A stretch of 64,000 nucleotides of DNA from Octopus sinensis (taxonomy: Eukaryota): NCBI RefSeq assembly GCF_006345805.1, contig NC_043005.1, positions 93,992,001-94,056,000 of the forward strand, given 5' to 3'. Positions 1-11,457 of this stretch are shown piece after piece (within the stretch, counting starts at the first letter, position 1; every line of letters starts with the position of its first letter). Below the pieces are notes generated by a model. The model searched no databases and was not told the origin of the DNA. It was given only the letters and a program-made list of their open reading frames with translations. A program made the translations under genes and the position numbers.

Positions 1-84
1 TATATTGCAGAAAAATACTTACTGCTGAGATTGGTTCAAATCATCACAAGGGATTGCCGATAGATTTGATTGAACATAAACAGA

Positions 85-618
85 GTGCAGAATGTGCCCA
101 TGTTTCCATGACTGTGATGAAATCTGGATTGATACTTTTGAAGTAAGAGTCAAAAAGATGTACCTTGTTGCATAAACTACGAGCATTCAAGAACAGCAAT
201 TTGTATCTGGATTTGAGATGATGATATACAGGGGATGGCTGATTGTTCTTGGATAGTTTCCCAAGATTTTTGTATTGCCAGTTGTTGTTGTGGGTGCAGT
301 TTGCTCAGTCCAACTGGTATCCCTTATCCACGACTCACCAGAATTGATAAATTTCCAGATTTGCCCATCATCGCGGAGGCTAAATCTTTCCTGTGGCACA
401 GAGTTGCGATTTAGGGAAGCTACAGATCTTAGCTTTGGGCGTACATCAGGTGGTAGGCCAGGACGTGTCCTAAAGGTGATTCTGTTTTCGCGCCGAGCCC
501 TATCAGCAGCCAGATGGTATGCCTGCGCCTCAGTAAAGTTTGAAAACATCAGCCTGATCAGTCTGGGTTTGGTCGGCCAAGGCGGAAAGCACTTTTTGGG
601 GGAACACAGCTGAGGTCC
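85..618 (-). mobile_element. LINE fragment (CR1/L2/Jockey group): end of ORF1 plus start of ORF2 apurinic endonuclease
   Basis: Minus frame from ~202 reads KLLFLNARSLCNKVHLFDSYFKSINPDFITVMETWAH, the APE N-terminal LNARS...ETW motif. It overlaps the end of ORF 187..549 in the -1 frame. Confidence 0.7.
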
Positions 619-729
619 TTAGATGCGTTTCCAGTGAATGCCTGCAGATCTACCACATCTTCCGGCACTCCGATGGCAATTACCTCATGAGTGGCTGATT
701 CAGCAACTTATGAATGCCAGTGAGGGAGG

Positions 730-764
<35 letters not shown>

Positions 765-1299
765 AAGATTTTGGTGAGGGTAGGTGCTTTGGGTCCCTGG
801 GGAAACCAATACAAAGGCTAGTGGTGGCCATTATTGATTTCAAGCAGCCGGAGCTACATATTACAATTTAAAATATGTGTCTATATGTAAGTGTACGTGC
901 GCGCCTGCATGTGTCTGCGTGTTTCTGAGCGTTTCAATTTATATGCAATTTATAGAGTTTTCCCTCAATGACTTCTAAAAAGCTCAAAAGAAAAAAAAAA
1001 TTACACAACACTATAAGACGAAGGGAAACAACTCTGTTAAGCACTACTAAAATATGTCTAACAAAATGAGGGAAACTATTCCGATTGTTGTGGATATTAT
1101 TTTACAGATTTTAGAAATGGGTATGTACGCACGATCGCGCGCGCCCACACACGGACAGACAGACACACTCACGTACCGCATGTATGTGTATCTGTGTGCC
1201 TATGTAAGTGGGCACATGCACATATATGTGAGTGTGTGCACCTGCATACACACATACAGGCAATCACACACACACACATTCACACAATAAGATAACCGT

Positions 1300-1545
1300 G
1301 AGAAAAGCTTGGTGTAAGTGACTATACATTTGTAGTCCTTGAGAAGGCCCAAGAGAAAGTTCATTGCTCTGTTATCTGGTAGTCACTAAGAATATAGAAC
1401 GCAAAAAAAGAAAACTGCATTGGTATAGGCATATAATATATATGGACGATGACAGCTGCATAAAATGCCGAGTGCTTATAGTAAATGATGAAAGAGGAAA
1501 ACCTAGAAAGACAGGACGAAATAGGGAAAGATGTTCATCATCACA
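1300..1545 (+). mobile_element. Degenerate RTE LINE 3' fragment
   Basis: MDDDSCIKCRVLIVNDERGKPRKT resembles MDEDSCVKC...GRGRPRKTW of the RTE copies at 18186-19630. Confidence 0.45.
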
Positions 1546-2577
1546 TACATTGGCTGCATTCGTCTTCTACTCTTCCTCTGACACTCCATCTTCTCTCACT
1601 GCATTCATCTATTGTGCCCTCATCACCTTGCCCCTCTTTTTCTCACTGCCTTTTCTTCACAGCTTCTCCACTGCTTAAAAAATATACACCTGTCAATCCT
1701 TTCGTCTCATTCTGGCCAACCTCCACGATTCCCCACCTATCTTTAACCGACTCTCTCCCTGTAGCTTGCATAGTTCCTGCTCACCCTCATTTCTATAGCT
1801 CTCTCATGCACCCTTCGACATACCTCATACTCCTTACAACAAGGGACACCAAACTAGTTCTCCTTTACACAACTCACCCCATCGTCCTTACCACCCTGTC
1901 GCTCTGTCCTGTTCATTAACCTTTGATATACTGCTCTTCCCCATCACCCTTCCATTACTTACCCCAACATCATCTCCTCGGTTACCTTCCTCCCACTACA
2001 ACCTTCTAGCATCAATAAATCTCTTCATCCCTTTCCCATTCATAGTCTAACTTCATTTGACACCTCTGCCCCACTTTCTCTCCCTCTGATCCCACCTGCT
2101 TTGTTATATCATATATCCAATACAGGATTATAAAGGTAATATTTGGAACAAGCAAAGAATGTCAAATGTATTTTTCAAATTATAATTTTGTGCCTAATAT
2201 TAACATAATATTTCACTGCAGTATCTGAACCAAAACTTCTTCATACATAAACAAAGTGGTAAATGATAAGTTTGAAGGAATCATTTTCTTCTGTGACAAA
2301 CGATGCATGCATGAGTTTTTTTAAATTGCCATATGTCAATAAATACTAGAAAATAATGTATTTACATTACAAAGATAGAATTGTTTGCTTTACTGAATGA
2401 AGGTGTTTGTACAATCATTTATAATCATCATCATCATCACCATTTTTTCCACTTCAAAAATAAATAATTTCAAATGCTCAAAGAAACTGCATGCAATGAA
2501 CTGAAAAAACATTTACAGCAGAATTGTTCTATTGACTGAAGGTTTTAGTAAATTTAGTAAAGACATACATGCAATGA

Positions 2578-2700
2578 GCTTCTCACAGTTTCTCTCTACC
2601 AAATCCACTCACAAGGCTTTGGTTGACCTGGGGCAGTAGAAGAAGACATGTGCACAGAGTACTCCACGGTAGAACTGAACTTGAGACCACACACTTAGGA
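2578..2700 (-). mobile_element. tRNA-derived SINE fragment
   Basis: Shares ctaccaaatccactcacaaggctttgg with 31829-31965 and 61075-61205. Confidence 0.6.
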
Positions 2701-3215
2701 AATATGTCTCTTAACATCTATACATATGAGTATATGCATACATACACAACTAAGTATACACTGACTATCAATACTCGAGGAAAGATAAATCTTGGAGATG
2801 ATTACTCGAGTTAATTCCCTTATCATACACTCTATAGTCTCGTGGCTTCATTTTCCTTCAGAACGGTTGTTGGTTGTCTGAACTCCTGACGAGTGATTTG
2901 CACAATTATGATGCAATCTCGTGAGATGATTTGTAGTGGATTCTGTTAGATTGTATTGTATTAAACGATAATAAACTCTATCAACCTGGTGAGGAGTGTT
3001 CTCATCTCTTATGCCCATACATACATATAAGTTTATATATATATAATCTTTTCCACTCATTACATCCCTTTCTCACTCCTGCTATGCTTTTCTCCTTCTT
3101 TTGAAGAAGGTCTCACATGCAAAACTTTAAGCCACTTTCCTATTGTTAAATCAATACTGTATTTATTAAAATTTGTTCCTCCTGTGGTGTCTTCTTTTTG
3201 TACTCATTGACTAAC

Positions 3216-3294
3216 ATATATATATATATATATACACACACATACACATATGTATATATACATATATATACGCACACATATATATATATACATA

Positions 3295-3330
<36 letters not shown>

Positions 3331-3427
3331 CACATATACATATACACATATAGATATATATACACACACACACATATAGATGTATATACATATATACACA
3401 CACACACACATATATATATAAATACAC

Positions 3428-3461
<34 letters not shown>

Positions 3462-3520
3462 ATATATATATATATTATATATATATATATATATATAAGT
3501 GTATATATAATATATATATA
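3216..3520. repeat. (TA)n/(CA)n microsatellite, representative of many (e.g. 4305-4530, 4760-4975, 10290-10484, 17325-17745, 28940-30040, 59245-59350)
   Basis: Directly visible dinucleotide tracts; they generate the spurious YIYI/VCVC ORFs. Confidence 0.95.
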
Positions 3521-3815
3521 TACACTTCACCAGAATCACCCAGCGAACACCACCATGGATCATCACAATTGCTCAAGGTAAAAATGAATTCCTCGCTCTT
3601 TCGGGAACATCAATCTTCTGTATTGACTGCTTTCCACCACTTTGATCTGTTTTTTATATTGAATACGTATCGCCACCGTGGGCCACTACATCGAACACTT
3701 TGAACATATAGCATGAATGAACTTACTTCAAACTATATATGAACTTTAAGATGTCTGACTCCGTGTGTATTGTAAATGAATTTCTTGTGTTTGACGGCAT
3801 GAGCTGTCTTTTTTT

Positions 3816-3881
3816 ATATATAACTTTTTTTGATAAGGTTCATTTCAGGAACTGAAACATGTTATAATGTATATATAAAAA
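3816..3881 (+). ncRNA. Minimal type I hammerhead ribozyme motif, U3-A8 core variant
   Basis: TTGATAA (3830-3836), GGTTC/GAACT stem II, GAAA (3854-3857), palindromic AACATGTT, GUU site; AT-rich imperfect stem I. Confidence 0.55.
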
Positions 3882-3959
3882 TTAAAAATTGTATAATATA
3901 GCAGCATTTTCGAACTTCATTTTTACAAATATATACCTACTCGTATACGAGCTAATCCT

Positions 3960-3997
<38 letters not shown>

Positions 3998-4014
3998 CAC
4001 ACACACACACCATT

Positions 4015-4305
4015 CGAGCATGATCATTACCAACGTCGCCTTACTGGCACCTGTGCTGGTGGCATGTGTAAAAGGATTTGAGCGAGGTCGTTGCTAGTAC
4101 CGCCTGACTGGCCCCGTGCTGGTGGCACATAAAAAGCACCCACCACACTCTCGGAGTGGTTGGCGTTAGGAAGGGCATCCAGCAGTAGAAACCCTGCCAA
4201 ATCAAGTTAGGAGCCTGGTGCAGCCATCTGGTTCGCCAGCCTTGAGTCGAAATCGTCCAACCCATGCCAGCATGGAAAGCGAGCGTTAAATGATGATGAT
4301 GCTGA
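4015..4305 (+). mobile_element. RTE-associated non-autonomous element / RTE 3' tail ending in (GAT)n
   Basis: ggagtggttggcgttaggaagggcatccagc...ccaacccatgccagcatggaaa...gatgatgat. The same block ends the RTE copies at 17745-18060 and 28420-28720; further copies at 26435-27040, 29705-29850, 34825-35062, 39175-39400, 45500-45700. Confidence 0.75.
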
Positions 4306-4330
4306 CACACACACACACATATATAATATA

Positions 4331-4361
<31 letters not shown>

Positions 4362-4758
4362 TATACACATATAGATATATATACACACACACACATATAT
4401 ATATATATACATACATATATATATATACATACATACTATATATATACATACATACTATATATATATACAACATACATACATATATATATACATACATACA
4501 TATATATATATACATACATACATATATATATACTTTATTTTAAGCAGCAGAAAATTCAACAAAATCTGTACTCTGAGTTTCTCGATGCCGTTCATCAGAC
4601 AGTTTTTGCTAGCAAAAACTGTCTGATGAACGGCAACGAGAAACTCAGAGTAACAGATTTTGTTGAATTTTCTGCTGCTTAAAATAAAGCATATTACTCT
4701 ACCACTGGTATTTGAGTCTCTTTTTTCCACCTTGTTTCACATTTATGTGTTTACTCCG

Positions 4759-4820
<62 letters not shown>

Positions 4821-5068
4821 ATATATGTATGTATGTATGTATATATATATATATGTATGTATGTATGTATATATATATATGTATGTATGTATATATATAT
4901 GTATGTATGTATATATATATATGTATGTATGTATGTATATATATGTATATATATGTATATATATATATATATATTCATAATAAGTGTAGGTTGTATACGA
5001 GTGGGTATATATTTATAAAAAAGAAGTTTGAAAATGCCACTAGATAAGATAAATTTTAATTTTCTTAG

Positions 5069-5120
5069 AAATTTTACGTTTCGGTTCTTCTTGAAAAAAC
5101 GAACCTTATCAAAACTATTT
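5069..5120 (-). ncRNA. Minimal type I hammerhead motif, U3-A8 variant, in PLE 3' UTR
   Basis: Minus: AAATAGTT-TTGATAA-GGTTC-loop-GAACC-GAAA-CG-TA-AAATTT; perfect 5-bp stem II, palindromic ACGT, GUA site. Confidence 0.65.
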
Positions 5121-5535
5121 TAAAAAGTTAAATGTAATGAAAAAGTTCATAATTGTTTCTTACTGGTCTCAACAGAATCCACGTGGTGGTGTTTTGTGGG
5201 GAGTAAGCATAATAGCTGTCTTATGTGTTCGAATAAAACAAAGGGAATGACCAGTGGCTGAAATTGCAGTAGTAGCAGTGACTGTTGGTAGTAGTAGTAG
5301 TAGTAACCGTGGTGGTGGTGGTGGTGGTGGTTGGAGTTGAAGCAGCTCATTGGCTATAGCAGTTGTAGCAGCAGCTTGGCTGTAGCAGTGGCAGCAGCAG
5401 CAGCAGTGGAAGACTGTTGATCATAGTAGTAATAGTAGTGAACATGGTGGTTGTAGTAGTAGTAATAGTAGCAGCAGTAGTAGTAGTGATTGTGGTAGAA
5501 TTTCATTTTTCTTTTCGGAAGACCAATATGTTGTT

Positions 5536-6489
5536 TTAATGTTCCTGGCCCAAGGTGTTCAAACTTAGTCCGAATTTTCTGATAAAACAAAGTTCTTTAT
5601 TTTGGCGTTGAGCGAAGGTCACGTTGTCACCGAATTTGTAAAGTGGGAAAGTTGTGAATTTGGGATTTTTATTTGAAGCACATCTATCCATGTGTCTGCT
5701 GACTGGTATTTTCCTGTATTCAGGATTCCTAATTTGGGATTTATGAACTGCCATCCTTTTTCGTAGGCTGTTTTTTATATGGCCAATATACTGCCTATTG
5801 CACCCTGCGCATGTTAACACGTAAATTAAGTTTTCTGATACACAGGTGAAGTTTGTTCTGATGGTAAACTGATGGCCTTGTTCTAATGTGAATTCTGAGC
5901 CTTCTACCAAGATGACACAGATTCCGCAGTTGGGCTTTCCACATTTTCTAACTGCTGATTTTGTGGTTGTTGTTGAGTGCAGTTTAGCTTGGGTTAAAAT
6001 CTTTTTTAAGGATTTTGGTTGCCATTTACTTTTATTGATGGTGTGTGTTTGGAGGAGTCGGTTCATCTTTGGGTCTCCCTTGAGTAGGGCTATGTTTTGG
6101 AGTATGGTGTTGAAGGCCTCATTGTTAAGTGGGTTGTGTGTAGAGATGTAGGGTAGGGTTTTTAATTTTTATTTCTTTTTTGGTTTTGTTTGTCTCAGGT
6201 CTTCTATACTTAATTTAAGTGCTCGTTGGATTGCACTGTCTATTAGGGGCTGTGGATAATTTCTATTTATGAGTGTAGGTCTGAGTTCCTGGAGACGTGT
6301 GTGTCGGATGTTTGTGTCTGATATTATGGTGCAAATCCTTCTGGCTAAACAGAAAGGGACATTTATTCTAGGGTGTCTTGGGGGGCATGAATCAAAGGGT
6401 AGGTACTGCTTGGAGTCTGTCAGTTTATAATAGATATCTGTCTCTATTTTGTTGCCGACTTTCTTAATGAGGATGTCTAGAAATGGCAA
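5536..6489 (-). pseudogene. PLE RT thumb plus GIY-YIG endonuclease (frameshifted)
   Basis: FLDILI...IYYKLTDSKQYL; CGKPNCGIC linker; NLIYVLTCAGCNRQYIG...R...H...KELCFIRKFGLSLN. Confidence 0.9.
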
Positions 6490-6999
6490 TTTTTCTTCGT
6501 TTAAAACAATATATTGGTCTTCTGAAAAGAAAAATGGAATTCTACCACTACTACCACGATCACTACTACTGTTGCTACTATTACTACTACTACAACCACC
6601 ATGGTCACTACTATTACTACTATGATCAACAGTCTTCCACTGCTGCTGCTGCTACGACTGCTACAGCCAATGAGCTGCTTCAACTCCAACCACCACTACC
6701 ACCACCACCACAGTTACTACTACTATGACCAACAGTCACTGCTACTACTGCCATTTCAGCCACTGGTCATTCCCTTTGTTTTATTCGAACACATAAGACG
6801 GTTATTATGCTTACTCCCCACAAAACACCAGCACAAGGATTCTGTTGAGACCAGTAAGAAACAATTATGAACTTTTTCATTACACTTAACTTTTAAAATA
6901 CTTTTGATAAGGTTCGTTTTTTCAAGAAGAACAGAATTTTCTAAGAAAATTAAAATTTATCTTATATAGTGGTGTTTTCAAACTTCTTAAAATATTTTT

Positions 7000-7059
<60 letters not shown>

Positions 7060-7074
7060 ATATATATACATATA

Positions 7075-7282
7075 AAGTTAATCCAAACAAGAAAGCACAA
7101 AAAAACACAACAACGCGAGGACGTGGAACAAATATAATATTATTGGATGCTCAGGAAAGAAGGAAAGAAGGAGGGTTTAACATTTCGAGCAGAGCTCTTC
7201 GTTGGAAACATAGGAGAAGGAAAGATCCAGAGAAGGGAAGACAGAGGAAAAAAATCGCCAACGGTACACACGAGGTCACATT
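7075..7282 (-). mobile_element. PLE-type terminal (pLTR) fragment with decayed hammerhead-like motif
   Basis: Minus 7176-7208: TTT-CCAACGA-A-GAGC-TCT-GCTC-GAAA-TG-TT-AAA. The same terminus (tttggattaac next to (TA)n) occurs at 47535-47655, 59175-59245 and 60410-60495. Confidence 0.55.
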
Positions 7283-7408
7283 ATTCAATAGTCAAGATGA
7301 AACTCTGAGTTTCGGATGCTGAAGTGGAAATCCACAACACCATCTCTTCGGTTATCTGGCCATCTGAAAAACGCTATGAAAAAATACTGTTATATAAAGG
7401 GAAATTAC

Positions 7409-7793
7409 TGTGTTATAATTCCGCTACTTATATAAATTAAGATTAAAAGTTCATAGTAAACACGTAAACATGGCTACTCATACGCTCACATGTGCGCTCG
7501 CAGACCCAGGTGCGTACTTATACGTCACTATGAAAACGTACACATCTTCACTCGCATTTTTCGCCAAATGTATACGCATATATATACAATCTCATACACA
7601 CACACGCGTACCGTAAAAGTTCATACATACGTCTATATACGCACAAGCACAAGAAAAAACATGGTTAAAGGTAACAATACAGAAAAAAATATAAGAAAGT
7701 ATACAAAGCGTAAAAACCACATGAGTAGCCATGTTTATGTGTTTACTATGAACTTTTAATCTTAGTTTATATAAGTAGCGGAATTATAACACA
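7409..7793. repeat. ~73-bp inverted repeat pair enclosing ~240 bp (MITE-like or fold-back)
   Basis: 7409-7481 (tgtgttataattccgctac...ggctactcat) is the near-exact reverse complement of 7721-7793. Confidence 0.8.
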
Positions 7794-7796
7794 CTA

Positions 7797-9900
7797 CCTG
7801 GTCGAAATCCATGCTGGGTGTCAGTCAGCAAGTCATTTTCTTCAAGGAACATGATTAGTTTCTTTCGGACTATTCGTTCTATGACTTTAGTGATGTGTGA
7901 GGTCAGAGAGATAGGCCTATAATTTTTAGCATCTGCTCTGCTACCTCCCTTATGGATAGGGCATATTTCCCCCCTCTTTCAATTTGACTGGTAGCTTACC
8001 ACTTGCAAGAAAGCTCTGAAAAAGAAGCTGTAGCGGTTTTGCAAGGGCTCGTTTGCATGATTTGAGAAGGATCGCTGGAAATCTATCAGGTCCAGCTGCT
8101 GAGTTTGTCAATCTCATCTATGGCTAGTGTGATATTATCATCTTCAATGTTGATGTACTCAATTTTTGCCTCTTTGGCCGCAGGTAAAGTGGCAAAGAAT
8201 TCTTCTGGGTTGTTTACTTGCCTGTGTCCTAGAGGTGTAGTGAACACACTTTGGAACTGTTCGTTCAGTATTTCACTTATCCTCGTGGGATTTCCTGTGA
8301 GGGAGCCATCTTTTTGGAAGAGAGGTCCTATTCTCTGGTGCACTCTGGCTGTCTCTTTGGCAAACTTAAAGAAAGCTTTAGGGTTTGAGTTTATATTTTC
8401 TATTACCCAAGCTTCTTTATCTGCTCTCTCCTTTTCATGGGACTGATGCAGACTTTTCTCAATTCCCATAAGCATTCTCTCGAGCCGAGACTTCTCACCA
8501 CTTTTGGTGTGCTTGCTCAGGCGGTTCGCAATCCTTGTCTGTCGTCTCATAAGAATCTTCCTTTCTCTAGGGAACCTGTTTTTGTTTTTGTGTGTGCTGG
8601 TCCTGCACACTGGGACATATTTGTCACATATGGCTTGTATTATGAACATGAAGTGTTTGTGTTTCATGTCAATGTCCGGTGTGGAGAGAATTTAGGCCAA
8701 TCCTGTTTGAGGATCTCTTTCTCAATCAACTTCCAGTTTGCTTTATGAAAGTTTAAGTTCGAGAGATGGTGGCTCCTCCCTTTTCTATCTGAGCGTATGA
8801 CAGCGGTATGTGTATTTCTGCATCCCCTATATCTGGTCCAAGATGCGTTTCTGTGAGTGCCATGCATATAGCTTGATTGCATGCCACAAGGTCTCTCAGG
8901 GTTAAGATTTTCCTTTTACAGTTGCCGCGCAGCAGCCCTCCTACGTTCAGTAGAAATATTTTTGTGGTGTGTGTGTTGGTGTCTGTGGTGGCCATCCTGC
9001 ATCTGTTGTTGGTGGCCTTATGTGGTGGTAGTTCCAGCTTTGTGTTTGTAGCCAGGTCAGCTACTGGACAATTTTTTGTGCCATGCACAAAAAAGATTGC
9101 TGTTCAGCTACTGCCCTTCTCACATCTGGGTGAAGCTGGCCATTTGTTGGGCTACCGCGCACTACATCCGCATATCGTCTTTCAGGAGTGGTCAGTGCGC
9201 TATTTTTCCTTCTTTTATATTTTTCTTTATCTTTTAGTTCTCCCCGAGGGAGGGATTTTTGTCTTGTGTCCATGCGGTTTTGGCAGGGCTTCTGATGTGC
9301 AAAACGACAGTAGAATTTGCAGATGTTTCTGCCTTTACCCTTGAAGCTCTTGCTGGGGTTCTTCTGTTTTTTCTGAACAGTGTTTGTTTTAGTTTTCTTG
9401 TCTTTTACCTCTTGTTTTCCGTCGATTTTAGGGTGCTTTCCTTTTTTGCGACCATCGCACCCCTTTGGTCTTCAGTTGTGTTGGGAGCTGGACATGTGCC
9501 ATTGTTTCCCTTGGTTGCAGTTTTCTCGCTTGTGACTTTTATTGAGTCCTGGATGCTTTCTCCATCCTTTTGGTCTTCCCTGGTGCAGTCACCTCCTAGG
9601 ATGATGTCCAGAGTGTCAATGTGTTGCCTGATTAGATCGTATGAACGGAGGAATTCTCGTTTCTTTCGCTCTATCTGGGCGGTGGTCCTGGAGAAATCAT
9701 TGCTGTTAAGCGCTGCTGCAATGATATTGTCACCCTCGGCAATCTTCCAGCGCGGACGAACAATTGCAACTCCCTCGCAGACCAGTTGCTTGACATCTTC
9801 GCCTGAGATACAGTGAGAGTGAAACAGAGGAACAGAGAGAGAAAGAAAGATAAGATGGTTGACCTGAGAGGGAGAGGAGAGAAGAGAAAAAAAAGCTGGT
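7797..9900 (-). mobile_element. CR1/L2-group LINE, internally deleted, truncated in RT
   Basis: ORF1-like region with Cys/His motif (CRFAHQKPC); APE start IFLLNVGGL...LTETHL; NPKAFFKFA; NYRPISLTSHITKVIERIV...QHGFRP ending near 7797. Confidence 0.85.
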
Positions 9901-10287
9901 GGCAGATCAGCCGGGGGGTGGGTGCGAATGAGAGAGAGACAAGGGGATTGAGCTGAGAGAAGAGAGAAAGAATGGCAGGTCAGAAGGGTAGAGTGAGCAG
10001 AATAGAGGTGTGGTAGAGAGAAAGAAGTAAAGAGACAGGGTGGAGAAGAGAGACAAGGGGATGGACCTTAGGGGGAGCAGAGAGAAGAAAGGCAGAGAGA
10101 AAAAATGGAGAGGGAGAGAGAGAAAAAGAGAGAGGGCGGGATAGAGATACAAGAGAGAATGAGTGAAGTAGAGGAACAGAGAAGGGGTGAGATGTGAGAA
10201 AGTTGATCTGAGAGAAAGCAGGGGGGGGGGAGATGCAGAAAGAGAAACGAGTGGAAGTTCAGCAGATGATGGCAGAGAGAGAGATAC

Positions 10288-10327
<40 letters not shown>

Positions 10328-10350
10328 TATACACACATATATATATATAC

Positions 10351-10385
<35 letters not shown>

Positions 10386-10391
10386 CATATG

Positions 10392-10426
<35 letters not shown>

Positions 10427-10484
10427 ATACATGCATATATACATACATATATATATATACATATATATATACATATATATATAC

Positions 10485-11193
10485 AGCATAATTAAATCTC
10501 AGAATGAGATTGAAACACTAATCGCTCGATAATGTAAAGTATAGAAGCCATCTTATCATGGCTAACCACATTGGGGAGGGGGTGTTACTGTAGCTTTATA
10601 GCCCCAAGAGATCGTCGTCTCTAGCTGGCTTTAGACACAATATCAGTGCCCTTGGAGTATTTGCAAAGGGAGGCCATCCCTTCCTCGCAAGCCTGAGTGA
10701 TACGCTCGAACTAGTTTCGGGATTTTTGTTCCTCGTCAACGGGCGGTAACCACCAGGTCGCGATGAAAGTGAAGGCTGCTTTGCAAATATATAAGTTTTT
10801 CTAGTGGCATCTGTCACTGATGTCGAAAAACGGACAGTAAGCATAATTAAATCTCAGAATGAGATTGAAACAGTAATCGCTCGATAATGTAAAGTATAGA
10901 AGCCATCTTATCATGGCTAACCACATTGGGGAGGGGATGTTACTGTAGCTTTACAGCCATAAGAGATCGTCGTCTCTAGCTGGCTTTAGACACAATATCA
11001 GTGCCCTTGGAGTATTTGCAAAGGGAGGCCATCCCTTCCTCGCAAGCCTGAGTGATACGCTCGAACTCCAAGGGCACTGATATTGTGTCTAAAGCCAGCT
11101 AGAGATGACGATCTCTTGGGGCTATAAAGCTACAGTAACACCCCTCCCCAATGTGGTTAGCCATGATAAGATGGCTTCTATACTTTACATTAT
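10485..11193 (-). mobile_element. ORF-less 355-bp tandem unit with hammerhead motif plus inverted arm (retrozyme-like)
   Basis: 10485-10712 repeats at 10840-11067 (period 355, ~5 mismatches); 11065-11193 is the reverse complement of ~10529-10658; both flanks are (TA)n. Confidence 0.7.
10703..10746 (-). ncRNA. Minimal type I hammerhead motif (U3 variant)
   Basis: Minus: CGCCCG-TTGACGA-GGAACAAAAATCCC-GAAA-CTAG-TT-CGAGCG; stem I 5/6 bp, palindrome AACTAGTT, GUU site between 10709 and 10708. Confidence 0.6.
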
Positions 11194-11292
11194 ATATATA
11201 CATATATATATATATATACACATATATATATACACACATATATATATATATATACACATATATATATACACACATATATATATATATTACAC

Positions 11293-11369
<77 letters not shown>

Positions 11370-11457
11370 ATATATATACATATATATACACGCATATATA
11401 TATATACATATATATATACATATATATATATATATACCTATATATATACACATATAT

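Larger units (their letters stand above)
5020..6990 (-). mobile_element. 5'-truncated Penelope-like element with an inverted copy of its 3' UTR
   Basis: RT-thumb (6169-6489) and GIY-YIG (5536-6066) ORF pieces; 5020-5535 is the reverse complement of ~6500-6990. Confidence 0.9.

Noticed and set aside
187-549. ORF as a host exon or endogenous viral protein
   Set aside because: It overlaps directly into an APE endonuclease motif, so it is best explained as LINE ORF1.
2221-2257. Possible 37-nt micro-exon (ctgcag|TATCTG...AGTG|gtaaat)
   Set aside because: Splice-like dinucleotides alone, with no recognisable peptide or partner exons.
2880-2945. CTGACGA followed by a GATTTGCA/TGCAATC stem as a hammerhead
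   Set aside because: No GAAA after the stem and no clear stem I or III.
3146-5047. Many YIYI/VCVC/HTHT ORFs here and throughout (e.g. 29062-30027)
   Set aside because: Translations of dinucleotide microsatellites.
9259-9816. 185-aa plus-strand ORF
   Set aside because: Antisense shadow of the LINE ORF1 region.
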